A stretch of 64,000 bases of DNA from Myxococcales bacterium (GTDB lineage: Bacteria; Myxococcota_A; Polyangia; Haliangiales; SHYZ01), in NCBI GenBank assembly GCA_009692535.1, contig SHYZ01000003.1:1277-65276 (forward strand). The letters run 5' to 3'. Shown one piece after another: positions 48,001 to 56,841 of the stretch. The position numbers and the translations under genes were made by a program. Positions within the stretch are counted from its first letter, which is position 1; each line of letters opens with the position of its first letter. Below the pieces are notes generated by a model. The model did no database searches. It saw only the letters and a program-made list of their open reading frames with translations, and had not been told where the DNA came from.

Positions 48001-48619
48001 GCGGAACCAGTTCGCCCCGCTCGGACGCGCACTGCCCGAGCAGCTTCGCCAGGGCGTCGAGATCGCGTCCCCCGCCCAGCCACGCGGCAAGGAGCTCGCG
48101 CGACACGCCGCCACGCGCGAACTCCTCACGCAAGAGGTCGAGGAAGATGCGGCGAAACATCGTCGCGCGATCGGCGACCGCGAGATCGAATTGCGCGCCG
48201 GCCGCGAACGCGTTCTCGACGAGCACGCCGTGGCAAAAGGCGTGAATCGTCGAGATCGTCGCAAGGTCGAGCTCGCGCAGCGCGCGCGCGAGCCGAGCGC
48301 GTGCCGGCTCGTCGAGCACCCACGCCTCCGCATCGGGCAGCTTCGAGTTCGCGCCGACGGGGAGCTCGAGCAGCGTGACCAGCAGCTTGCGGATGCGAGC
48401 GCGGAGCTCGCTGGTCGCCTTCTCGGTGAAGGTGACGATCAGCAGCTCGCTGATGGTGAGCGCCGGAGTTCCAAGCACCTGATTGCCGAGCAGCAGCTCG
48501 ACGACCACGTGCTCGAGCGTATAGGTCTTGCCGGTGCCGGCCGATGCCTCGATGACCGCGTGCCGCTGGCCGGCGAGTCGGCGGAGCAGCTCCGGTCGCG
48601 GATACCGCGGCGTGGTCAC
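45059..48619 (-). CDS. recB: exodeoxyribonuclease V subunit beta (UvrD-type helicase plus PD-(D/E)XK nuclease)
   Basis: Walker A EASAGTGKTYT, VDEFQDTD, and C-terminal nuclease motif GFIDVMFEHEGRAYVGDWKTN. GTG start with AAGGAG RBS, overlapping the recC stop (GTGA). Confidence 0.85.
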   Translation of the reverse strand: MTTPRYPRPELLRRLAGQRHAVIEASAGTGKTYTLEHVVVELLLGNQVLGTPALTISELLIVTFTEKATSELRARIRKLLVTLLELPVGANSKLPDAEAWVLDEPARARLARALRELDLATISTIHAFCHGVLVENAFAAGAQFDLAVADRATMFRRIFLDLLREEFARGGVSRELLAAWLGGGRDLDALAKLLGQCASERGELVPLVDDVREQLAHAAAAPEVTPARRGLLAAALAAAKVLKTTVDGLTTWLDELAERLAGATRPAATLTDRIAVAEFVGRRSSRNYLKVEYPSHLAQLCAVLDAVVLPADPSFARLKLALEELRVTAVLLAPRIVQRFTPLCRTRLDAHKRAEGLLDFDAMITEFDRALADPDRGPTLCASLQARYRFALVDEFQDTDELQWQSFRRLFADPTAPGGLYVIGDPKQAIYSFRGADVATYLDARHLLERIGVRETLEENFRSSAPLLSALNEIFHDRADYFAGSQIRYDRPVRACSTPPQLVGPDGVEPRPVQVLPLASGSVGKVIAVGGLGRCIAQEIRALTAHAAPYLFTERGTTRPLTHKDVYVIGRTRGELTVVASALRAAAVPCAFYKLGGLFESEAAYAVAELLGAIADPGDPAQRIRALLTDFFAFSLEEALYARDLEPDHPLIQRLHAWHEEAAHQRYPRLFSSILEESGFARRAILLGQERELTNVLHLFEWLGEQAARAPTDPRGLVRALANARQAGEGDEGNAQLHRLETDRDCVQLMTMHAAKGLEAAVVFVVGGLTGVDRGGPYLHHAGSRRRAWIGGAMPDDVSASVEAEAEAEGRRLLYVALTRAKVLLYLPLVLPDEKGKLPGKFTGPYRAVNQRLQALLDGENPAALPNFEVRAAVDASVTSAGTPPVPVVTLPASLLVDAQADPLLLRLGRERGGELVTSFSRLGRRAVVALHPEAGEELGEVGDERAAPEPGPDELPKGRVPGTFVHAVIERMPVAALDRDLAAFRARPDAARILVDEARRHGIAERYLPDAARLVHAALAARVPLGAGREIHGIGWARRLHRELEFLYPIPERSHPRLGDAKVPGVRLELERGFLRGFIDVMFEHEGRAYVGDWKTNSLDSYEPDKVRAYSERVYGLQARIYTVALVRLLRVGGARDYADRFGGTLFLYLRGLSGERGLHFARPSWDEVRDWEQELVGLDYGGAA

Positions 48620-51600
48620 GGCCGCTCCTTCGCGCCGCGCGTGCCGCGCTTGGCCTTGGCAGTAGGTGCCGGCGCCGCCTTTGTGGCCGGTGCAGCCGTG
48701 GCTGCTGGCTTGGCCGGCGGCGGCACCGGTGTCGTGGCCTCGGGCGGGACGAGGCTGTCGAAGAACAGCCCGAGCCGGACCCGCGCACTCCGCGCTGCGT
48801 CCGCCTCGTCGAGGAGGCGGTAGCGGGCGTAGTTACGAAGCGGCCCGTACGTCGACGCATGCGACGCGCTGGCGTCGAGGATCTGCTGGAGCACGGAGCC
48901 GAGCCCTTCGAACCCCGAACCAGGACCACCCCACGACCGGAAGATCGCTTCGCACGGCAGGACGTAGTCGTGCACCGTCGACTGCAGCTCACGCACAAGG
49001 TCGGAGAGCCACGCCCGCGCCACGTCGCGCGCGATCGGGCGAAAGCGGACCACCAGCGCAACGTGATCGTCGTGGAGCAGCTGCACCGTGTGTTCGTCAC
49101 CCGACGCGAGGCCGAGCGCCGAGAGCGCGACGTGATCGAAGAAACCGGGCAGCGACTTCTGCCACGCGTAGCTATCCTGGTCCTTGCCCTTCGGCGCCGG
49201 TTTCGCTACCGCGATCACCGACACCCGTCGCTCGCAGACGAGCAGCTGCGTCGGCCCCACCAACTCAACCGGCACGGGTGCGCCAACAGCACCGACCGGA
49301 AGGAGGATGGCGGGCGCGAGCACCTCGATGTCGTCACCATCGACGGCAGCGCCGAAGCGAACCACCTCGCCCCCCGGTGCAGCGACGAGCAGCGTGGCGA
49401 GCTGCTCACGCCAGCGCCCGAGCGTGCGGTCATGCGCGACCCGCTCGACCTCGCCGAACACGCCGATCGGTGCGTGCCCCGCGAGCGTGGCCTGCGCCAC
49501 CCGCCGCCGGTACTCGTCGGTGAGCGGCGCCTGCTCGGTCTCCCCGGCGCGCACCCACGTCGACAGCGAGCCGCGCAACAGGGCGAGTTTGTCGAACAGC
49601 CCGGTCTCAAATGGCTCGTCGTCGCGCAGGCGCTCGTTGTCGTCCTCGTCGTCCTGGTTCAGCCCGAGCCGGAGCCTCGCGCCCCCTTGCAGCGGACACT
49701 CGACGAATTTGCGGAGCGCGGCGAGTGAGATGCGCTGCGTGCCCGACGGTGGCGCGAGTGCGCGAGCGGGCGCGAGCGACGATGTGAGCTTCAGCTTGGC
49801 CGCGAGCGCCGGGTGCGACGCCGGGTCGGTCGCCGCGAACAGCGTCTCAAGCTCGCGTGGTGCGGCATCACCGCCGAGGAGATCGCGCGCCGCCGCGAGG
49901 TCGTGCTCGTCCCGTGCGGCGGTCGGCAGCACGGCGGCCGCGGCGTGCCAGCGCCTCAGCGGCACTTGGGTGACGAGCCGGCGCGCACCCACCGGCTCAG
50001 GCAGATAGCTGCGCGCCACCACGCGCTCGAGCTCCCCGATGATCGACGAAGGCGCCAGCGCATCGCCAGTGACCTCGTCGCGCGCGACATAGGAGAGCAC
50101 CAGTCGCTCGCGTGCGGAGAGCAGCGTCTCGAGGAAAGCGTACTCGTCGCGCTCGCGCGGGCTCACATCGCCAGCGCGACGACGTGCGGCGATGAGATCG
50201 AGTCGGTCGCGCCGGTCGGTCGCGGGGAAGCGCCCCTCGCCGAGCCCGGCCACGAACACCGCGCGAAACGGCAGCGCGCGGAGCGGCTGCAGCGTCGATA
50301 CGACGACGCCACCGGCGGCGAGCGGCGAGCCACCGGCGCCCGCGTCGAGTCGTGCGGCGACGAGCTCCGACGCCACGCGGTAGCCGACCTCGCGACCGTC
50401 GAGGTCGATGCGCGAAAGCTCGCGAACCGCACGCAGACAGCGGTCGAACTCTCGTTCGTCGTCCTCGCCGCGCGGCACGACGTACGCCACGACCATCGCC
50501 TCGAGCAGCTCGGCCCACGCCGCCGCGCCAAGCCGAGTCGAGCGCGCGTAGCGAGCGTCGGCGATCACCGACCGAGCGAGCAGCGCGAACGCCATCTGCC
50601 CATCGCGCCCCGACGAGGCCTGCTCCTCGGGGAGGTAGTCGAACTCGCCGAGCGTGAGCGGCGCCGCCGTGTCGCTCCGCTCCGCTGCCAGAAAGTGTCC
50701 AAGCGCGAGGCGACGCAGCCCCTGATCCCAATTGTGCCGGTCGTACCCCTCGAGGTAGGTGCCGGCATGGTCGTCGCGATCCGCGCCGTGCACGATGCCG
50801 GTCGCCTCACACCACGCCGCCCACTCGTCCGCAGCGGCGTCATCCCATCGGCCGCGCACCGAGTCGTGTCCGAGGAGGGCGAGCAGCTCACTCCGCTCGA
50901 AGCGGCCACGCGGCAGCGCGAACAGCCGCCCAACCGCCTCGGCGATGCGGCTGCCACCGGCGGGCGCGACCGTCAGCCGATACGGGAGGCGGTGGTGCTC
51001 ATCGAACACCGCCGGGAGCTGCGCGAGGTACGCCTCCCGCTCGTCGCCGGCGATGAGCAGCGCGATCTCCTGAAAGCGGAGCGGCGCGCCGGCGGGCGCT
51101 TGCTTTACCAGGGACCAGATCTCCGACGCAATCGCCTCGAGCTCACGACGGATTCCCGGGCACGCGAAAATGCGCACGCTGCCGTCGGGCACCGCGCCCG
51201 TGGGTGGCGCGCTCGCCGGCGCGCGCAGCAAGATGTCGCGCTGCAGCCGCGCGAGCAGCGTGTCGCCAGCCGGCTCGACGAACGCCTCATGAAACGTGCA
51301 GTCGGTGAGCTCGTTCAGCAGCCGCACGTTCTCGCGGCCCGGGCGACCCCAGAGCGCGAGCAGCGGCGGCTCATCGGCAGGCGGCGCGGCGAGCGCGTAG
51401 GGATCCAGCGCGTCGAGCGCTTCGGGCCCGACACGCTGCGGTTGACGCGCAGCCTCGCGCACGGTGACGAGGTCGTCCCAGTACTCGCGGCACGGGTTCA
51501 GCGTGTAGACCTGCACCGTGGTCGCCTCGCCGAGGCGCGCGAGCAGCATCTGAAACGCGCGCGCGACGTGCGACACGCCGAAGCAGCGGATCGGCGTGTC

Positions 51601-52245
51601 GAGCCGCAACGGCGCGCGCTCCACGCGCACGAGCAGCTCGGCGAGGTGCGTGTAGCTCACGCCGTCGCGTGCACCGCGCGCAGCGACCGCGCCCCCCGGT
51701 GCGAAGAGCTCGTTCCAGAGCCGACGCTGCCACGCCTCGGTCTCGGCATGCGCGGTCGCGCCGAGCGCGGCACGCGTAGGCCAGTCACACACCAGCTCCG
51801 GGCGCGCGAAGACGTACTCCTCATAGAGCGTGGCCAGCCGGCTGGCGAGCTGCACGCAACGCAGCTCGCGCGCCTCGGGCTCGCCCTTGGCTGCGCCGAG
51901 CCAAGCGCAGAGCGGCGCAAACTCCGGCTCGTCGAGCGCGTCGCCACCGAGCAGGCGACCGAGCAGCAACTCTTCGAGCAGCGCGCGGTCCACCAGCACG
52001 GTGCCGGGGAACGCAGCGCCGAGCGTCTCGGCCGCGAAGCGACGCAGCTGGCTGATCTCGAGACAGGCTGCGATACCGTCGCGACGCGCGAGCTCAAGGC
52101 GCAGCCAGCCCTCGACATGGCGGTTGCCGACGACCACCCGCACCGGCTCGAGCGCGCTCCGACCGGCGGCACGGTCACGATCGATATCGGCCGCGAACGC
52201 CTCGAAGAGCGCCTCGGTGCGGTTCGAATAGCAGACTTGGATCAA
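48616..52245 (-). CDS. recC: exodeoxyribonuclease V subunit gamma
   Basis: The N-terminus (L)IQVCYSNRTEALFEAF matches the canonical RecC start. Length is about 1209 aa from TTG at 52245. Upstream ORF sequence is antisense shadow of the preceding gene's repeats. The C-terminal tail is Ala/Pro/Lys-rich. Confidence 0.75.
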   Translation of the reverse strand: MIQVCYSNRTEALFEAFAADIDRDRAAGRSALEPVRVVVGNRHVEGWLRLELARRDGIAACLEISQLRRFAAETLGAAFPGTVLVDRALLEELLLGRLLGGDALDEPEFAPLCAWLGAAKGEPEARELRCVQLASRLATLYEEYVFARPELVCDWPTRAALGATAHAETEAWQRRLWNELFAPGGAVAARGARDGVSYTHLAELLVRVERAPLRLDTPIRCFGVSHVARAFQMLLARLGEATTVQVYTLNPCREYWDDLVTVREAARQPQRVGPEALDALDPYALAAPPADEPPLLALWGRPGRENVRLLNELTDCTFHEAFVEPAGDTLLARLQRDILLRAPASAPPTGAVPDGSVRIFACPGIRRELEAIASEIWSLVKQAPAGAPLRFQEIALLIAGDEREAYLAQLPAVFDEHHRLPYRLTVAPAGGSRIAEAVGRLFALPRGRFERSELLALLGHDSVRGRWDDAAADEWAAWCEATGIVHGADRDDHAGTYLEGYDRHNWDQGLRRLALGHFLAAERSDTAAPLTLGEFDYLPEEQASSGRDGQMAFALLARSVIADARYARSTRLGAAAWAELLEAMVVAYVVPRGEDDEREFDRCLRAVRELSRIDLDGREVGYRVASELVAARLDAGAGGSPLAAGGVVVSTLQPLRALPFRAVFVAGLGEGRFPATDRRDRLDLIAARRRAGDVSPRERDEYAFLETLLSARERLVLSYVARDEVTGDALAPSSIIGELERVVARSYLPEPVGARRLVTQVPLRRWHAAAAVLPTAARDEHDLAAARDLLGGDAAPRELETLFAATDPASHPALAAKLKLTSSLAPARALAPPSGTQRISLAALRKFVECPLQGGARLRLGLNQDDEDDNERLRDDEPFETGLFDKLALLRGSLSTWVRAGETEQAPLTDEYRRRVAQATLAGHAPIGVFGEVERVAHDRTLGRWREQLATLLVAAPGGEVVRFGAAVDGDDIEVLAPAILLPVGAVGAPVPVELVGPTQLLVCERRVSVIAVAKPAPKGKDQDSYAWQKSLPGFFDHVALSALGLASGDEHTVQLLHDDHVALVVRFRPIARDVARAWLSDLVRELQSTVHDYVLPCEAIFRSWGGPGSGFEGLGSVLQQILDASASHASTYGPLRNYARYRLLDEADAARSARVRLGLFFDSLVPPEATTPVPPPAKPAATAAPATKAAPAPTAKAKRGTRGAKERP

Positions 52246-52369
52246 GCGCCCGAGGCCCCCACCTGTCGCGACCGCACAACGGTCACGGGTCGTGCCCACG
52301 ACGGGCACAGGTCGTGCCCACGACACGGGCACGGGATGGTAGCCCGGGGGAGTGACAACTTGAGGCTGA

Positions 52370-54265
52370 TTAGCCTTGGCCGCCCTTGGGCGGGAGCTGT
52401 CCCTCGCGCATCTTGGCGAGCAGCATCTCGCCGAGGCTGGCGATCTTGCCGTCGAGCATCTTCTGCGCCTTCGGGTCGACGAAGCTGGCCTGTGGCGGCG
52501 CAGAGGGCCGTCGATCGGTTGCGTCGCGCGCGTCACGCGCATCACGAGAGCCGCCGCGTGCATCACGCGCACCGCCGCGTGCATCACGCGCACCGCCACG
52601 CTCGCCGCCGCCAGGCTGACCGCCGCGCTCGCCGCCACGCTCGCCGCCGCCGCGCTCGCCGCCGGCACGCTGAGCGCCGCGCTCGCCGCCACGCTCGCCG
52701 CCACGCTCGCCGCCACCGCGCTGACCGCCGCGCTCGCCGGCGCCACGCTCGGGACCGCGCGGTCCGCGGTCACCCGCCGGTCGCGCTTGCGTCGCAGCTA
52801 CGCCCTCGGGCGCGGGCGAAAGCGCCTTCTTCGACAGTCCGATGCGGAGCCGTCCCCCGCCCTCGGCCCGAGTGACCTCAAGCACCTTCACCTCGAGCTC
52901 CGCGCCCACCGCCACGAGCTCCGACAGCTCGCCGACCGGCCCGTGCGCAAACTCCGACTTGTGCAGCAGGCCCACGTGCCCGCCCTCGAGCGCGAGGAAC
53001 AGTCCGAACGCCGTGTGCGACTGCACCTTTCCCTTCACCACGTCGCCAACCGACGGCGGCGCCACGCGCGGCACCGGCGGCGCCTGCGGTCGTGGCGTCA
53101 CGCGCGGCGGAGCTTCCGCACGCGCTGCACCACCGCCCCGCTCGCCCCGCTCGCCCCGCTCACGTCGCTCACCAGGCGCCGCGACCCGCTCGGTCCGCGG
53201 CGGCAGCGACCCACGCAGCTCCTCGAGTCGATCGCGCGTCGTGTGCACATGCCGCCGAAGGCCCTTGGGCCCCTCTTCGCGCAGCGCCGCGCGCAGGTGC
53301 TCGTCGGCCTGGCGACAGAGCTTCCACGCGAGATCGACGCTCACCTCGGCGCGCGCCGCCCGCTCGACGAGCATCTGCCCAAGGTTGTGGTGCAGGAGCG
53401 GACTCCGCGGCGCGCCGGTGAGCCCCTGCCGATAGGCCTGCTCCGCCTTGTCGGCGTCGCCCTCGGCCTCCTTGTACCAAGTGCCGCGCGCGTTCCAGGT
53501 GAGCTCCGGCTCGCCGAGCTCGGCCGCGCGCTCCCACGCACGCTCACTCGCCGCGCGATCCTGCGCCCAGAGCGCCTGCGCGAGCATCGCGTAGAAGAAC
53601 GGATCCTGCGCCATACGCGACTCGAGCGCCGGCAGCAGCTCGGCCAGCTCGTGCGCATACCAAGGGTGCGCATTCGCGTCCTTGAGATCGAACAGCAGCG
53701 TCGAGAATCCACTCCGCACGAGATGCAGCACGCGAGCGAGATCGTCAGCCGTGGTCGCCTCGGCGCCGACGACCGCACGCACGGCATCGACCGCAGCGCG
53801 GAGTGCGTCCTCGAGCCGCGACTCACGCCGCGCGACCTGTGCTGCCACGAAGTAGTACTCCACGCCCGGCGTGCCCGTGGCGGTGCCCATCCGCATGAGC
53901 CGGTCGCCGACCTCGCGCTGCCCGATGCGGTAGCAGAGTTCGGCGAGCGGCGGGCCGACCTCGGCGTACTTTGCTGCAAGGTCGACGAGCCTGAGCAGCT
54001 CAGGGAAGAACTCGCCTTCATGCACGGCGGTCGCGGCGGTCGCGTCGGGCGCGTCGGGCGCAGCGGGCGCAGCGGGCGCAGCGGGCGCAGCGGGCGCAGC
54101 GGGCGCAGCGTCGACCATGATCGCTGGCGCGTCGGGCGCGGCGTCGGGCGCGGCGTCGGGCGCGGCGTCGGGCACAGCGTCGGGCGCGGCGTCAGGCGCA
54201 GCTTCCGCCGCAGCTTCAGTCACAGAAGACTCCGAAGGCACGGGTGAGTCGGGGTACTCGTCCAC
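52370..54265 (-). CDS. S1 RNA-binding-domain protein with TPR-like region and low-complexity termini
   Basis: S1 domain VGDVVKGKVQSHTAFGLFLALEGGHVGLLHKSE...LEVKVLEV. N-terminal (APDA)n and (AAP)n repeats. C-terminal (GGERG)n and (RDA)n repeats. GTG start at 54265. Confidence 0.65.
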   Translation of the reverse strand: MDEYPDSPVPSESSVTEAAAEAAPDAAPDAVPDAAPDAAPDAAPDAPAIMVDAAPAAPAAPAAPAAPAAPDAPDATAATAVHEGEFFPELLRLVDLAAKYAEVGPPLAELCYRIGQREVGDRLMRMGTATGTPGVEYYFVAAQVARRESRLEDALRAAVDAVRAVVGAEATTADDLARVLHLVRSGFSTLLFDLKDANAHPWYAHELAELLPALESRMAQDPFFYAMLAQALWAQDRAASERAWERAAELGEPELTWNARGTWYKEAEGDADKAEQAYRQGLTGAPRSPLLHHNLGQMLVERAARAEVSVDLAWKLCRQADEHLRAALREEGPKGLRRHVHTTRDRLEELRGSLPPRTERVAAPGERRERGERGERGGGAARAEAPPRVTPRPQAPPVPRVAPPSVGDVVKGKVQSHTAFGLFLALEGGHVGLLHKSEFAHGPVGELSELVAVGAELEVKVLEVTRAEGGGRLRIGLSKKALSPAPEGVAATQARPAGDRGPRGPERGAGERGGQRGGGERGGERGGERGAQRAGGERGGGERGGERGGQPGGGERGGARDARGGARDARGGSRDARDARDATDRRPSAPPQASFVDPKAQKMLDGKIASLGEMLLAKMREGQLPPKGGQG

Positions 54266-54368
54266 GATGTAATCCTGTGTGCTGGGCCGAGGCGGCCGGG
54301 TGGCGATGCGCCGCGTTTCTAGCGCAAGACTCCGTCGCTGACCATCCCCTGTCGCAGCTCGCGCCGGT

Positions 54369-56735
54369 TCACCACGTGTAGCCGTAGTCGGTCCAGCCCG
54401 CCGCGGTGCAGGTGGCGCGGACCGCGCAGTAGTTCAGACAGACGCCGGTCGTCCCGCCCGACACTGTGCCGAAGTACGGCGTGTCGCCGCAGCCCGACGC
54501 GATGAGACAGCCCGAGCCGCGGCAGCGATCGCCCCAGCTGCGCGGCGACCAGGTCATCACACCCGCGGTTCCGCTGTAGGCCGGCAGCCTGTCGGTGCAG
54601 ATCGAGCCGCCGTACGAACCGGTCGCGACCGAGATCGTCTGCGATGGGCAGGTGACGCACGGACCGTCGGTGCAGGCGGCCGCGTAGGACGGGTCCCCGC
54701 CGGAGCAGGAGCTCTGCACGCAGCCCTGCGTCGAGTCCGGCCGCACGCCCGCGCAGCTCGCATCGGCCACGGTCGCGCCGTCGCTGCGGCGGCAGGTCAC
54801 CGCGCGCGACTGCGAGTTGGTCGTGGTCGGGCACCTGTAGCCGATCGTCTGGGTGCCCGGGCCACACGGCGCCGAGCAGCCACCAATGCCGACGAAGTCC
54901 CAGTCGTTGAGCGGGCAGCTCGACCACGCGCCCGACTCCCACGCATAAGTGAAGTCCGCCTCGGTCGCGGCCGTCGCCGACGCGCAGCCCGGATCGGCGG
55001 GGAAGTCGATCGCGCCGTCCCTGTCGTTGTCGAGACCGTCGTTGCACTCCGTGAGCGCGGTGCAGGTCGCCCCGGCACAGAGCAGCCCTGGTCCACAGGC
55101 CAGCCCGCACGCGCCACAGTGCGCGCTCGACGCCAGGTCGGCCTCACAGCCGTTCGCGAGGTCGCCATCACAGTTACCCCAACCGGACTCGCAGCGTGCG
55201 ATCTCGCAGCCAGCGACGCCCGCGCACCTCGTGCTCGCCACGTGCGCCGCCACCGTGCAGAGCCCATCGCCGCCGTCGTCGGTCACGCCGTCGCAATCGT
55301 CGTCCGCGCCGTTGCAGCTCTCGGCGAGCGTGGCGGTGTAGTCCGAGCAGAGCAGCCCGCCGCCGGTGCAGACGCGCTCACCCTCGGTGCAAAGATCGCC
55401 GTCAGCGCCGTCGCAGAGCTCGCCGACCAGCGGGTCGTCCGCGCCGTCGACCGTCGCAGGATCGCAGTCGTCATCGACGCCGTTGCACAGGTCGAACTCA
55501 GGCCGCGGCGCATTGCAGCCGGTCCAGGTGCCGACCACGCAGAACTCCACGCCGGTGGCACAGCCGAAGGAGCAGGTCCGCACCAGTCCGCCGTCGACCA
55601 CGCCGTCACAGTTGGTGTCGACGCCGTCGCACAGCTCGGCCGTCGGTGCGGCCAAAGCGACGCACTCGAGCGCGCCGTCCACGCACGCCGTCACTCCCGC
55701 CGCGCAGGTGCCGAGCAGCCCGCTGTCGCAGGTGGCGCCACCGCCGGGATCGCCCTCATCCACGAAGAGGTCGCAGTCGTTGTCGGTGTCGTCGCAGGTC
55801 TCGGCGGTCGGCGCCCGGCAGCCGAGCACCGACGCAGAGAGCGGCACGCGGCGCTCCGCGTCGGCCGGCGCCGAGCGATCGGTCGCGATGACCAGCGCAT
55901 GCGCGCCAACCGGACCCGCCCCGAGCGGTCCGGTGTCGAGCTCGATGTGGGCGCGCAGGAAGAGCCTCCCGGGCGCGAGCAGGTACGGCGTCATCGCTGG
56001 CGACGCCGCGCCGCTGTCCTCGTCGATCACCGTCAGCGTCACGGCATACGCAGCGGCGGTCCCGTCGGCGGCGAGCGCGGCCACGTCGAAGATCTCGATC
56101 GGCGCGTTGCCGGTCCCGCTGTTCCGCACGTCGACATCTTCGGACGCGACGACGCCCCACACGAGCACGCCAAAGTCGATGGCAGCCGGCGCGACGTTGA
56201 GCACCGGGGAGCCCTTGTTCTCCGAGGTGAGCATGACGTCACGGATCGGCGTGGCCGGATCGGTCGACACGATGCGGAGCACCGCCACGTCGGCCTCGGC
56301 GTCGGCGGGGGAGAGCGTGACGCGAACGCGCGACTCGGCCCCGGGTGCGAGCTCGAGTGCGACCGCGCCCGTCGGGTCCGCGGTGTACTCGGGCAGCGCG
56401 TCAGTCTCGATCACCTCGACGCTGGTCACGCTGAGTGACGACCCGCCGACGTTCTTGAGCGTCACTAGCAGCTCGACCGCCACGCCGATCGCCGGGCTGC
56501 CAAAGTCGAGCGCGGCGGGCGTCACGACCAACTCAGCGGGCACCGGCGGTTCGCCGCCCGCATCCACCGGCACGACGCACGCACCGCCGAGGCAGACCCG
56601 CCCCGCGGCGCACTCCTCGTCGGCCACACAGACCGACGACGCATCGTCGGGGGCGGCCGAGCCGTCGCTGCAGGCAGCGAGGGAGACGGTGCTGAGAAGC
56701 GCGATCCAGACGGTGCCGGCGAGCGTGCGTGACAT
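54369..56735 (-). CDS. large Cys-rich secreted lipoprotein: Ig-like (choice-of-anchor-D-like) domains, C-x-D-x-D-C-D metal-binding-motif repeats and a thrombospondin type-1-like repeat
   Basis: ATG at 56735 with AAGGAG RBS; lipobox SLAACSDG. LVVTPAALDFG...SLSVTSVEV modules. CDDTDNDCDLFVDEG, CDGVDTNCDGVVDGG, CNGVDDDCD, CNGADDDCDGVTDDG repeats. WESGAWSSC...CSAPCGPGTQTIGYRC. Confidence 0.65.
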   Translation of the reverse strand: MSRTLAGTVWIALLSTVSLAACSDGSAAPDDASSVCVADEECAAGRVCLGGACVVPVDAGGEPPVPAELVVTPAALDFGSPAIGVAVELLVTLKNVGGSSLSVTSVEVIETDALPEYTADPTGAVALELAPGAESRVRVTLSPADAEADVAVLRIVSTDPATPIRDVMLTSENKGSPVLNVAPAAIDFGVLVWGVVASEDVDVRNSGTGNAPIEIFDVAALAADGTAAAYAVTLTVIDEDSGAASPAMTPYLLAPGRLFLRAHIELDTGPLGAGPVGAHALVIATDRSAPADAERRVPLSASVLGCRAPTAETCDDTDNDCDLFVDEGDPGGGATCDSGLLGTCAAGVTACVDGALECVALAAPTAELCDGVDTNCDGVVDGGLVRTCSFGCATGVEFCVVGTWTGCNAPRPEFDLCNGVDDDCDPATVDGADDPLVGELCDGADGDLCTEGERVCTGGGLLCSDYTATLAESCNGADDDCDGVTDDGGDGLCTVAAHVASTRCAGVAGCEIARCESGWGNCDGDLANGCEADLASSAHCGACGLACGPGLLCAGATCTALTECNDGLDNDRDGAIDFPADPGCASATAATEADFTYAWESGAWSSCPLNDWDFVGIGGCSAPCGPGTQTIGYRCPTTTNSQSRAVTCRRSDGATVADASCAGVRPDSTQGCVQSSCSGGDPSYAAACTDGPCVTCPSQTISVATGSYGGSICTDRLPAYSGTAGVMTWSPRSWGDRCRGSGCLIASGCGDTPYFGTVSGGTTGVCLNYCAVRATCTAAGWTDYGYTW

Positions 56736-56841
56736 GGGACTCCTTGGCGGCGAAGGGTACACGAAGGAGCCGCCATCGTAGCCGCCCCGGCCCCCCACAC
56801 GCCACCCGCCCGGCACGCCCTCCTTCGAGTAGCATCGCGCC

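Noticed and set aside
52246-52773. Upstream extension of the recC ORF containing AASVAASVAAS and HAAVRVMHAA repeats
   Set aside because: It is the antisense reading of the GGERG/RDA repeat region of the S1-domain gene. The canonical RecC N-terminus (CYSNRTEAL) starts at about 52245.
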